From: Victivallaceae bacterium
GTDB taxonomy: Bacteria; Verrucomicrobiota; Lentisphaeria; Victivallales; Victivallaceae
NCBI GenBank assembly: GCA_045605205.1
Contig: JAZUPO010000229.1
Span: 1 to 54,154, forward strand
Length of the DNA: 54,154 nt
Reading direction: 5' to 3'
In this document: one piece after another, positions 1 through 8,829 of the stretch
Numbering within the stretch: position 1 is the first letter of the stretch
Layout: every line of letters begins with the position of its first letter
Notes under the pieces: generated by a model
What the model was told of the DNA's origin: nothing
The model's input: the letters and a program-made list of their open reading frames with translations, nothing else
The model's database searches: none
Program-made: the position numbers and the translations under genes

Positions 1-791
1 ACTTTGTGGAATACGGTTTCTATGCCGGTAACTACGGCGGCAAACTTACTCCTGTTCCCACCCTTGAAAACTTCAAACTTGACCCTGCGGCTTTCAAAAA
101 AGCGATCACTGCCGATACCCGGGCTATCATTCTCAATTCCCCCAACAATCCCACCGGCCGTATTTATACGGAAAGTGAGCTTCAAGGAGTTGCCGCAGTT
201 ATCAAAGAAGCGGAAAACCAATTCGGCCGCCCCATCTACGTCATCTCTGATGAACCTTACAGATTCCTGAACTTTGACGGGGAAGAAATACCTCCTTTCT
301 TCGGGCTTTTCTCACATCCCGTCATTATGGGCTCCTGTTCCAAAAATCTTTCTCTTGCCGGAGAACGTATCGGTTACATCGCCGTTGGCAACTTTGACGG
401 AGCAGATGAAGTAATGAATGCCTTGATCCTCTGCAACCGTATTCTGGGTTTTGTCAATGCTCCCATTGTGGGCCAGAAGATCCTTTCAAAGTGCATCAAG
501 GCTCAGGTAGACCTCAACATCTACCGTGAACGCCGTAATGCAATGGCAAAAGTCCTTGATCAAGCTGGTATTGAATACTTTATGCCCCAAGGAGCCTTTT
601 ATTTCTTCCCCAAATCCCCCACTGCCGACGAACAGATTTTTATTGATGCCCTGCTTTCAGAGCGGGTTCTGGCGGTTCCCGGCCGCGGCTTCGGAGCCCC
701 CGGCTATTTCCGCACAGCCTTCTGCGTTGACAAATCCATTATTGAAAGGTCTGCCGAAGGCTTCAAAAAAGCTGTTGAAAAGGTCAGGTAA
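1..791 (+). CDS. Class I/II pyridoxal-phosphate-dependent aminotransferase (5' end outside window)
   Basis: The ORF is open to the window edge (frame of 6..791). Motifs NSPNNPTG, SCSKNLSLAGERIGY (PLP-lysine context) and GYFRTAF are typical of AspC/AlaT-type aminotransferases. Confidence 0.85.
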   Translation, partial: FVEYGFYAGNYGGKLTPVPTLENFKLDPAAFKKAITADTRAIILNSPNNPTGRIYTESELQGVAAVIKEAENQFGRPIYVISDEPYRFLNFDGEEIPPFFGLFSHPVIMGSCSKNLSLAGERIGYIAVGNFDGADEVMNALILCNRILGFVNAPIVGQKILSKCIKAQVDLNIYRERRNAMAKVLDQAGIEYFMPQGAFYFFPKSPTADEQIFIDALLSERVLAVPGRGFGAPGYFRTAFCVDKSIIERSAEGFKKAVEKVR

Positions 792-798
792 CTGAAAA

Positions 799-1647
799 AT
801 GGCCGTTGTTTTTGCCCTGTGCTGTCTTGCCTGTTCAGCTGTAAATGATTTTATTTTCAAACTCTTTGCCGACCGTCCGATGTCCAGGGGCGTTTTCTTT
901 TCCATCATCGGAGTGGTCATCACTTTGACGATGGCACCGACTTTGAATATCCACTCTTTTTCCGGAAATATGGCAAACACTCTGATCTGGGGCTGTGCCG
1001 CCGGATTTTTTTCAATTGTCGGCAATGTGCTGCTGATTGAAGCAATGGGTAAACTCAGTGCCGGGATCTGTTCCACTATTTACCGCTTAAATCTGATTTT
1101 TGTGGTTCCGGGAGCAATGTTCTTTTTCGGAGAAACCCTGAATCCGTTTCAATTATGCGGAGTAGTGGCCGCGATTCTGGCCATTATTCTTTTTTCTTTC
1201 AGCACCCTTTGCGGAGGACAGAAATCCTCTCTGGCCGGTATGATCATTATCATTTCGGCGGCACTTCTCCGTGCCGGAATGGGACTTGCCTACAAAAAGG
1301 CTTTTCTGACTGGCGTGGAAGAATCATCTCTTGTCTTTATCAACGGCCTTTTCTGGGTTTTCGGCGGTTTGATTTACGCCTGGATCAAAGACGGTGCACT
1401 CAAGATGCCCGGCAAAGCGATATGGGGCTTCGGGGCACTTTCCGGACTTTTTGTCTGCGGTATCGTCTTCTTTATGGCCAAAGCCCTTCAGGCCGGAGCT
1501 GCCGGAGTTGTCCTGTCCATAGCCCAGATGAGTTTTCTCGGAACATTGCTTTTGAGTGTCATTATTCTCAAAGAAAAACTTGAGAAATTCAAGATCGCAG
1601 GTATTGTTTGCGGCACGGCTGCCATATTGCTTCTGGCGTTGAAATAA
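799..1647 (+). CDS. EamA/DMT-family membrane transporter
   Basis: A 282-aa, roughly 10-TM hydrophobic protein with a two-fold EamA-like repeat. It lies 8 nt after the aminotransferase stop. Confidence 0.7.
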   Translation: MAVVFALCCLACSAVNDFIFKLFADRPMSRGVFFSIIGVVITLTMAPTLNIHSFSGNMANTLIWGCAAGFFSIVGNVLLIEAMGKLSAGICSTIYRLNLIFVVPGAMFFFGETLNPFQLCGVVAAILAIILFSFSTLCGGQKSSLAGMIIIISAALLRAGMGLAYKKAFLTGVEESSLVFINGLFWVFGGLIYAWIKDGALKMPGKAIWGFGALSGLFVCGIVFFMAKALQAGAAGVVLSIAQMSFLGTLLLSVIILKEKLEKFKIAGIVCGTAAILLLALK

Positions 1648-1649
1648 CT

Positions 1650-2624
1650 ATGGAACGTATCATAAAAACCGGAGTCACCTGGAACGGCGAGGGACTCACT
1701 GTTGCCAATTATCTGGCGGGCCGCTTCACCTACCGTTCTCTTGAGGAGTGGAATAAAAGAATCGAACTCAGAGAGATCACCGTCAACGGTCAGGAGGTGA
1801 CTCCTGATTACATCCTCAAACTGCACGATGTGATCGAATACCGTCCGGGAGACATAGCTGAGCCCCCTGCGGACCTCAATTATTCCGTTGTTTTTGAAGA
1901 TGAACACTTACTGGTCATCAATAAACCCGGTAATCTGTGTGTCCACCCGTCAGGGCCTTATTTTAAAAACACCCTCTGGTATCTTCTGAAGGAACACTTC
2001 GGGGAAGTACATCTGATCAACCGGCTCGACCGGGAAACTTCCGGACTTCTTATCGCAGCAAAAAATCCGGAAGTTGCGGCAAAACTTGCCAAAAAACAAG
2101 ATGATATTACCAAAGTCTATGCCGTAATGGTGCACGGGGAATTGCCGGAAAAGATTTCTGCCAAAGGATTTCTTTTTGACGACAGTATGAGTAATGTCCG
2201 GAAAAAACGTAAGTTTGCCCCGGGTGAACGTCCGCCGCAAGGTGCATTAAAAATCGAATCTTCGTGGACAGAACTTCACAAGCTGGAGTACAAAAACGGC
2301 TTTTCTCTTGCCGCGGCACAATTGAAAACAGGCAGAATGCATCAAATCAGAGCAACTGTATTTTCCTATGGCTTTCCCGTTGTCGGTGATAAGCTCTACG
2401 GTAAAGATGAAAATCTTTTCCTGAAACTGCGTACAGACTCTTTAACACCTCAGGACAAAGAGCTGCTGCTGCTGCCCTGTCAGGCTCTGCATTCAGCAAG
2501 GCTTTCCTTTACCCACCCTGTGACGGGAAACGTTTTGACCTTTGATGCACCATTCCCTGAGCTTTGGAACTCTTGTGAGGCTCTTCCTGCTTGGGGGACG
2601 CAGAGGATCCCGGACGTTCTGTAA
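1650..2624 (+). CDS. RluA-family pseudouridine synthase with N-terminal S4-like domain
   Basis: Motifs NRLDRETSGLLIAAK (HRLD..TSG catalytic Asp), KVYAVMVHG and GRMHQIR are present. The ATG at 1650 is preferred over the 1608 ORF start because it lies 2 nt after the upstream stop. Confidence 0.88.
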   Translation: MERIIKTGVTWNGEGLTVANYLAGRFTYRSLEEWNKRIELREITVNGQEVTPDYILKLHDVIEYRPGDIAEPPADLNYSVVFEDEHLLVINKPGNLCVHPSGPYFKNTLWYLLKEHFGEVHLINRLDRETSGLLIAAKNPEVAAKLAKKQDDITKVYAVMVHGELPEKISAKGFLFDDSMSNVRKKRKFAPGERPPQGALKIESSWTELHKLEYKNGFSLAAAQLKTGRMHQIRATVFSYGFPVVGDKLYGKDENLFLKLRTDSLTPQDKELLLLPCQALHSARLSFTHPVTGNVLTFDAPFPELWNSCEALPAWGTQRIPDVL

Positions 2625-4737
2625 AGGCCATTTCGCAATTGACGACGCCCTGTTGTATCGGAATGCTCCACAAAGTGCCTTCTTTCTGAGCCCAGGCTGG
2701 GAACAGTCCGAAAAACCAGGAATACTCATATTTTTTCCTCTCGCCGTTCACAAAGGTCAGGCGGAGTTTGAGATCGTAGTCAGCCTCAGGAGTCTTTTTC
2801 AGTCTGAAATGAAGCATCCGACCGTCGTATTTGCAGTCAAAGCGGGGATTTCCCGTATTGAGCATCACTCCTGCGGCAGCTTTGAAACGTTCTTCTGAAA
2901 CCTGGAAACAGGGGATCCTGTGAGGCGTATCGGCCGCAGCGATGTGAAGAAGCACCAGGTGTTTGCCGAACCAGTTGACATAAGTGACAGGACGGCAGCG
3001 GGGATCGGTATAAAGTTTGCGGCGGAGAGCTTCTGTTTTTTCAGAAGATTCAAAGGCGGGATCGTGCAAATCAAGCAAGAGCCAATCCCCCAAACGGTAT
3101 TCCTGAGACAAAGGTTTTACAGGATATTCAAACATAAAATGAGCTCTGATCCGCTCGGCAGCAAGAAGCCGCTCAGGCTGAGATGGCAGATGTTTTTTCA
3201 AAAATGCCACAGCTCTTGAAGCATCTTCCTTGAAAAAGCCATAATCCCGGGGATACAGACCGAATTTGTAACCGTAACCAAAGAAAAAATATCCGATAAC
3301 AATACCGGTACAAACAGAACAGACAGCCCCATACCTGATGTCGCCGCGGCATTTGATGAAACTTTTTTCTCCATTAAAAAGTCTGCCCATATTCACAATT
3401 GCCGCAGCCAAACACAAAGTTCCCAGTTCCACACCGTATTGAAGCAGCGGCGTTTTTACTTCATCTGCACTTTGGATAAAAAATCCTCCCAGCAGAGGAA
3501 CTCCTATGAGCAATAACCCCGGAAATGCTGCGGCAGCAAAAAAAGCTGGCGTGAGAATAATAGCTGCAAAAAGAAGATTCCGGGGAGAGAAAAGAGCAGT
3601 ACAAAAAGCTCCCGGTCTGAGAAAAGGAGATAAGGCGATCTCAACCGGCGTATTTCCCAAGGTTGCATACCTGAAACTTTGGGCGTAAACAGCCGCTTCC
3701 CCGCCCCACGGTTGAACCACAAGAGCTAACAAAGCAAACCATCCCACCATCGCAAGAGCCAAAAGAGCCCCCCGTATATACTGCTTTTTAACTGCGAAAA
3801 GATAAAGCCCCCAACCGATCCAAAAGATCGCCACAGTTTCCTGCACCAGCAGAGAAAGAACAATGCAGAGCGTCATTCCCCTGAGAGATTTTCTGCTTCT
3901 GGCAATGAAAAAACACAAAAGCAGGGGCATAAAAAATACAATAGGATGAAATCCGTAAAAAAGACACAGGCTCTGACGGGTAAAAATAGGATATATTGCC
4001 GCCAAAAAAGCACAACATAATGCCATATTGTTTTTTAATCCGCTGCACCGGGCGAGACAAAAACTCAAAGGTACAGCAGAAGCGATCACCATAGCATTGA
4101 CACAAAAAACGGTTTGTGCTGATGCAGCGATCTTGATCGCTGCGGTCATAATGAGGTTTATCAGCGGATTAAAATGTCCTGCAGCACAGAGCCATTGTTT
4201 CAGCGATGCACTGCCGGAGGCAAGTACCAGGTAACTTTCAGCATATTGTCCCCAGTCTCCGAAAATCAAATAAAGGGCCTTGAAGGCGGAATTCTGCAAA
4301 TACCAACTTAAGGAAAAGGTAAAAATCGTTAAAAACAGCACCAAAGGCCAAGAATATTTTACGCTGATTTCAGGAATTTTCTCAAACTTCCTGTACTGCA
4401 GACTTCCCAAACGGAACGCACTCCAGACAAACAGAGCCAACGCATAGCAAAACATTCCGCTGCTGTCATTGGGCCAGACAAAAATGACAGGAGTCAACCA
4501 TAAAGGACGTAAGGCATACTCATATAATACAGTTTTCCGCCGCATAAAAAAAAGAAGCAACGCCCCCAAACACAGCGGGATGATCCACGTCAGAGGCGAA
4601 TACTCTTCTTTGAATATGGCAAAACCGTAAATATGAACTGTTGACTGAACACCATAAGTCAACTCAAACAAGGCAAAAGTGCCGAGAAGAACTGAGCCAA
4701 GCAGAGAAAAGAATTTTAATTTCATAACTTTTCTCAC
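2509..4737 (-). CDS. Large polytopic membrane protein (about 12-14 TM helices plus a ~290-aa soluble C-terminal domain), DUF2079/GT-C-like, function unknown
   Basis: A 742-aa ORF with long hydrophobic helices in the first ~450 aa. Its start overlaps the mcsB stop by 4 nt. The family guess is from memory only. Confidence 0.65.
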   Translation of the reverse strand: MRKVMKLKFFSLLGSVLLGTFALFELTYGVQSTVHIYGFAIFKEEYSPLTWIIPLCLGALLLFFMRRKTVLYEYALRPLWLTPVIFVWPNDSSGMFCYALALFVWSAFRLGSLQYRKFEKIPEISVKYSWPLVLFLTIFTFSLSWYLQNSAFKALYLIFGDWGQYAESYLVLASGSASLKQWLCAAGHFNPLINLIMTAAIKIAASAQTVFCVNAMVIASAVPLSFCLARCSGLKNNMALCCAFLAAIYPIFTRQSLCLFYGFHPIVFFMPLLLCFFIARSRKSLRGMTLCIVLSLLVQETVAIFWIGWGLYLFAVKKQYIRGALLALAMVGWFALLALVVQPWGGEAAVYAQSFRYATLGNTPVEIALSPFLRPGAFCTALFSPRNLLFAAIILTPAFFAAAAFPGLLLIGVPLLGGFFIQSADEVKTPLLQYGVELGTLCLAAAIVNMGRLFNGEKSFIKCRGDIRYGAVCSVCTGIVIGYFFFGYGYKFGLYPRDYGFFKEDASRAVAFLKKHLPSQPERLLAAERIRAHFMFEYPVKPLSQEYRLGDWLLLDLHDPAFESSEKTEALRRKLYTDPRCRPVTYVNWFGKHLVLLHIAAADTPHRIPCFQVSEERFKAAAGVMLNTGNPRFDCKYDGRMLHFRLKKTPEADYDLKLRLTFVNGERKKYEYSWFFGLFPAWAQKEGTLWSIPIQQGVVNCEMAFTERPGSSASPKQEEPHKSSKAQGMVHQRSKRFPSQGG

Positions 4738-5783
4738 AGTTTGCTGCGGAAAAGTTTTGCCCGCAAAACATCCAGTTCGGCTTCAGGAAGAGCCAATCCG
4801 GAACGCATTTGCAAATGTCCCGGATTGAGCTCCATAAAAAGTTCATTGACTGTTGCGATTTTCAATTTTTTGAAAAGCCCCATATCAACTCCCAAACGGA
4901 GAGCAGACAAAGCCTCTGCAGCCTCATCAGCAGAAAGTTTGTAACAGCATTGCAGCATACCGAATGCACGGCCAACGTGATCAAGAAGTGCAAAACGATC
5001 CTGTTCCATCAAAGCACGGCGGGCACGGCGTTCATATTCCACTATCTGCCCTATTACAGCAGACAGCTGTTCGATGATATTCGCTTCACTTTCCCCCAAA
5101 GTCACCTGATTGGACACCTGATAAAGGCGACCGGTGTTATCGCTGCCTTCGCCGTATATGCCTCTGACGGCAAGTCCGAGTTTGTTGATACCGTGAATCG
5201 TCGGCAGGATCTGTTCAGTCATTACCAGCCCCGGCAGATGAAGCATAACAGATGCACGCATACCGGTTCCCACATTGGTGGGACAAGCTGTCAGATATCC
5301 CAAATCATCGCTCCAGGCAAAATCGAGAGAAGCGGCAAGTTCATCATCCAGAGCACTTACCTTTTTCCAACACTCTTCAAGCTGAAATCCGGGCATAAGA
5401 GCCTGTATCCGCAAATGATCCTCTTCGTTGATCATAACGGAACATCTTTCATCATCGCTGACAGCGAGAGCCGGAGATATTGAGGAGCTTATCAATTCGG
5501 AACTGGCCAGACGGCGTTCAAGAAGGAACTGTCTTTCCAGTTCATCCAACTGTGTGATATCAAAAAAACATCCCTGTTCCTGAAATGCAGAAACGGCACA
5601 GCATCCGGAACTTACGGCCGCAGCGACCTGAGCGGCACTTTCCTTGCTTGCACAGGAGGGGAAAGTCCATTCTGCAAGATTTCTTGAAAGCCGGATCCTG
5701 CTTGAAATACATATTCCGTCAGAAGAAGACGCGGTAAGAAAACTTGCCGGATTTTTCAGAAAACGAACGATATCCTGATTCAT
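4734..5783 (-). CDS. mcsB: Protein arginine kinase (ATP:guanido phosphotransferase)
   Basis: Motifs NEEDHLRIQ, CPTNVGTGMRASV and LGLAVRGIYGEGS are characteristic of McsB / phosphagen-kinase catalytic domains. The start overlaps the mcsA stop by 4 nt. Confidence 0.9.
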   Translation of the reverse strand: MNQDIVRFLKNPASFLTASSSDGICISSRIRLSRNLAEWTFPSCASKESAAQVAAAVSSGCCAVSAFQEQGCFFDITQLDELERQFLLERRLASSELISSSISPALAVSDDERCSVMINEEDHLRIQALMPGFQLEECWKKVSALDDELAASLDFAWSDDLGYLTACPTNVGTGMRASVMLHLPGLVMTEQILPTIHGINKLGLAVRGIYGEGSDNTGRLYQVSNQVTLGESEANIIEQLSAVIGQIVEYERRARRALMEQDRFALLDHVGRAFGMLQCCYKLSADEAAEALSALRLGVDMGLFKKLKIATVNELFMELNPGHLQMRSGLALPEAELDVLRAKLFRSKL

Positions 5784-6337
5784 TGTTCCCCTTCCCTGCT
5801 CTGCAAAGATTTTATTTCAGCTTTGAGGGCATTGATCCTGTCCCGGAATTGGGCTGCTTTTTCATATTCCTCTGCCGAAACAGCTCTGGCAAGGTCGAGT
5901 TGCAGCTGATCGATCTTAAGTTTCAAAGCAGACAAACTGCCAACAGAGGAAGCGGGACGTTTTCCCATATGGACCTTTCCGCGCTGAACTTGTTCAAGAG
6001 CTTTGTCCACCCATTTTGCGTAAACAGTATAACATCCGGCACACCCCAGCTTGCCGCCAGACTTCCGCATCTTGGCCAAAGTCCATTTGCAGTGGGGACA
6101 GACAACTTGCGGCGTTTTTTCTTTTGCATTGTCTCTTGCTGAAGATTTCTTAAGTTCGGGAGTCTTGCCGACATTAAAAATAACTTCAGCCAAATTGAAA
6201 CCGAAAGCTCCCAGGCCGCCTGCGAGTTCCTTTTCGCGGGCACACTCAGGACAAAGGTTCGTACTGATGCACTTACCGTCTTTGACTTCCTTTATATGAA
6301 TCGTGGCTTCTCTTTTTTTGCAAATATCGCACAGCAT
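5780..6337 (-). CDS. mcsA: McsA-like activator (two CxxC zinc-finger pairs plus C-terminal UVR motif)
   Basis: Zinc-finger motifs CDICK...CPECA and CPHCK...CAGCY are present. The C-terminal EEYEKAAQFRDRINALK is a UvrB/UvrC-type motif. The gene is coupled to mcsB. Confidence 0.8.
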   Translation of the reverse strand: MLCDICKKREATIHIKEVKDGKCISTNLCPECAREKELAGGLGAFGFNLAEVIFNVGKTPELKKSSARDNAKEKTPQVVCPHCKWTLAKMRKSGGKLGCAGCYTVYAKWVDKALEQVQRGKVHMGKRPASSVGSLSALKLKIDQLQLDLARAVSAEEYEKAAQFRDRINALKAEIKSLQSREGEQ

Positions 6338-6434
6338 AATCCAACACCTGTATGCCTTTCATAAAACTTCTGCGGCGAAAAAGGAAAACTGAAAAAACTT
6401 TTCTTCCCCCTTTTTCGCAACGGGTCTGCAGTAT

Positions 6435-6463
6435 ACTATAATACATCTCAAGCAGAAATTCAA
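6435..6463 (-). promoter_or_regulatory. Putative sigma-70 promoter of mcsA-mcsB operon (TTGAAT-17-TATAGT)
   Basis: The hexamers read on the minus strand with a 17-nt spacer, about 100 nt upstream of the mcsA ATG. Confidence 0.35.
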
Positions 6464-6516
6464 GAAATTTATACGATTATTCTCCTGATTTTCCTGTTTT
6501 ACGATTTGAAAACTGT

Positions 6517-8061
6517 TCAGATATTTTCAATAGCCCTTGCATATTTGCAGTAAAGAGCATAACGTTCGTCACAGTTACGCTGAGGCATATAGACCTTGCT
6601 GCATCCGGATTCCATAGCACGTTGGGCAGTAAAAATATCAGGATGCACCCCGGAGGCGGCTGCTCCGAACATAGCCGCCCCCAAAGCACAGGTTTGGTCA
6701 GAGTTGACGATCGCTATGGGCATATTCAAAGCGTCGGCACAAAACTGCATAACAAAAGGCGACTTCCTGGCGATTCCGCCGGTGGCTTTGACACTTTTGA
6801 TCTCAAGTTTCTGCTCTCTGAAACGCTCAAAAATGGCCCGGGTTCCAAATACAGTTGCTTCGACCAGAGCCCGGTAAACCATAGGCGGAGTTGTTCCCAA
6901 AGTCATACCGAAAACAGCTCCGGTCAAAAGAGGATTGGTATCAGGAGTTCTGCGGCCATTCATCCAATCGAGGGCACAAACCCGGGAATCCGGCAGCAAA
7001 GCAGCCTCTTTTTCCAGATCAGCAAGAGAAACTTTGCTGCCGCTCCATTCCAGAAAATGGCGGAACCAGGCATAAATATCGCCGAAAGCTGACTGGCCGG
7101 CTTCAAGTCCGGTAAGCCCGGGAAGCACAGAACCGTCCACCTGACCGCAAATGCCGGGGATACACCGTTCAATAGAAGGCATAACGATGATATCACAGGT
7201 TGAAGTCCCCATTACTTTGACCATTTCACCGGGAACGATCCCGGCCCCCACAGCTCCAACGTGGCAGTCGATAGCCCCCACCGCGATCACTGTCTCAGCG
7301 GGCAATCCCAAACGCTCCGCCCATTCGGGAGCGATTTTTCCCACAGGCGTATCAGCCGTAAAAGAATCATTACCTATCCGTTCCGGAAAATCCGCAAGCA
7401 ACGGATCGACGGCCCTGAAAAATTCAACCGGCGGCAAACCGCCCCAGGAAGCGTGCCAGAGAGCTTTATGCCCGGAGGCACAGCGGCTTTTCTTGACAGG
7501 AGATCCGGCGAGTACTCCCGTGATCCAGTCGCAAAGCTCCACAAAGCTCCATATTTTCTGCCGGACTTTTTCGTTATTTTTGAGAATGTGAAGCAATTTG
7601 CTCCAAAAAGACTCACAGGAATAAGTGCCTCCGGTGTACAAAGTGTAATCGACGGGGCTGTTACCGGCAACTTCATTGATCCGTTCGGATTCTTCAATGG
7701 CAGTATGATCTTTCCACAGCACAAACATCGCATCGGGATCATCTTTGAATTCCTCAGACAGACTCAAAGGGATCCCCTCCCGATCGACAGCACAGGGAGT
7801 GGAACTCGTTGTATCCACACCGATTCCTCTGACCAAACGTGCATCTCCGTGTTTCAGCACCTCTTTGATGACCTTTTCCATACATTCAAGATAGTCGAGC
7901 GGGTGCTGACGGAAGCGGAATTCCGCTGCATCGGAATATTTCCCTTCGCTCCAGCGAGGATAATACGCCACACTGTCAGCGATTTCTTTGCCGCAGGAAT
8001 CAATCAAAAGAGCTCTGACACTGTCGGAACCGAAATCCAGTCCTATGAGCAATTCATTCAT
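6517..8061 (-). CDS. araB: Ribulokinase (FGGY carbohydrate kinase)
   Basis: The N-terminus IGLDFGSDSVRALL..YPRW.., plus MFVLWKDHTA, GLEAGQSAFGDIYAWF and DWMNGRRTP, match E. coli AraB (recalled from memory) along the whole length. Confidence 0.9.
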   Translation of the reverse strand: MNELLIGLDFGSDSVRALLIDSCGKEIADSVAYYPRWSEGKYSDAAEFRFRQHPLDYLECMEKVIKEVLKHGDARLVRGIGVDTTSSTPCAVDREGIPLSLSEEFKDDPDAMFVLWKDHTAIEESERINEVAGNSPVDYTLYTGGTYSCESFWSKLLHILKNNEKVRQKIWSFVELCDWITGVLAGSPVKKSRCASGHKALWHASWGGLPPVEFFRAVDPLLADFPERIGNDSFTADTPVGKIAPEWAERLGLPAETVIAVGAIDCHVGAVGAGIVPGEMVKVMGTSTCDIIVMPSIERCIPGICGQVDGSVLPGLTGLEAGQSAFGDIYAWFRHFLEWSGSKVSLADLEKEAALLPDSRVCALDWMNGRRTPDTNPLLTGAVFGMTLGTTPPMVYRALVEATVFGTRAIFERFREQKLEIKSVKATGGIARKSPFVMQFCADALNMPIAIVNSDQTCALGAAMFGAAASGVHPDIFTAQRAMESGCSKVYMPQRNCDERYALYCKYARAIENI

Positions 8062-8073
8062 AAAGAAAACTCC

Positions 8074-8808
8074 TTATTTTTCAGAACCGGCGATCAGTCT
8101 CAAGAGGGCCTCAAGCATAACCGCCGGATGAGGAGGACACCCGGGAACATACATATCCACGGGCAAGACAGATTCCACGCCGCCCGCAGTCGTTCCGTCC
8201 CGGTACAGGCCTCCTGAAATGGCACACCCCCCCCCGGCAATAACGAAAGAGGGTTTAGGCATCGCATTATAGGTTTTTTCCAATGCAAGACGCATATTGT
8301 CGCTGACAGGTCCCGTTACCAACAGAGCATCTGCGTGGCGGGGAGAAGCAACGACCTGTATCCCGAAACGGCCGATATCCCAGGCGAGAGTATTCAGCAC
8401 ATTGAAATCCAGCTCACAAGCGGCACATCCGCCGGCTGAAACCTGACGGATCTTAAAGGACTTGCCGCAAAGTTTCCGCAATTCCGGGTTGGATGATTCC
8501 TTCCAGGGTTCAAGCCCGGGAACTTCAAGTGCTTCCTTTGAAAAAGCTCCCATACGGTATTCTCCGGAAAAACGGATCCCTTCAGGACAGACACCGGCAC
8601 ATTTACCGCAAAAAATACAACGGCCCAGATTGATCTTGCCATTTTCAGAAATGGCACTTACGGGACAGATCTGTTTTGCTTCTTCAGTGACCTTTTCGGG
8701 GTAGACTTCAGGACGACCGGCAAAGCGGTCAGGCAAAACAGGAGCAGTGGCAGGAAAAGTCCCGGTACGATATCCCTGACGCAGACGCGCCATAAATGCT
8801 TTCAACAT
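8074..8808 (-). CDS. NuoB/HycG-like small subunit with N-terminal half-ferredoxin module (Ehr/group-4 hydrogenase-like complex)
   Basis: The N-terminus carries CPVSAI...CIFCGKCAGVCPEG. The C-terminal part carries GGCAACELD, GGGCAISGG and PGCPPHP, which are the proximal 4Fe-4S ligands of NuoB/HycG. Confidence 0.85.
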   Translation of the reverse strand: MLKAFMARLRQGYRTGTFPATAPVLPDRFAGRPEVYPEKVTEEAKQICPVSAISENGKINLGRCIFCGKCAGVCPEGIRFSGEYRMGAFSKEALEVPGLEPWKESSNPELRKLCGKSFKIRQVSAGGCAACELDFNVLNTLAWDIGRFGIQVVASPRHADALLVTGPVSDNMRLALEKTYNAMPKPSFVIAGGGCAISGGLYRDGTTAGGVESVLPVDMYVPGCPPHPAVMLEALLRLIAGSEK

Positions 8809-8829
8809 CTTTTTTCAGCTCCTTATATT

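Noticed and set aside
6338-6516. A CtsR operator (tandem A/GGTCAAA heptads) upstream of mcsA.
   Set aside because: No GGTCAAA or TTTGACC repeat is present on either strand. Only a sigma-70-like promoter was seen.
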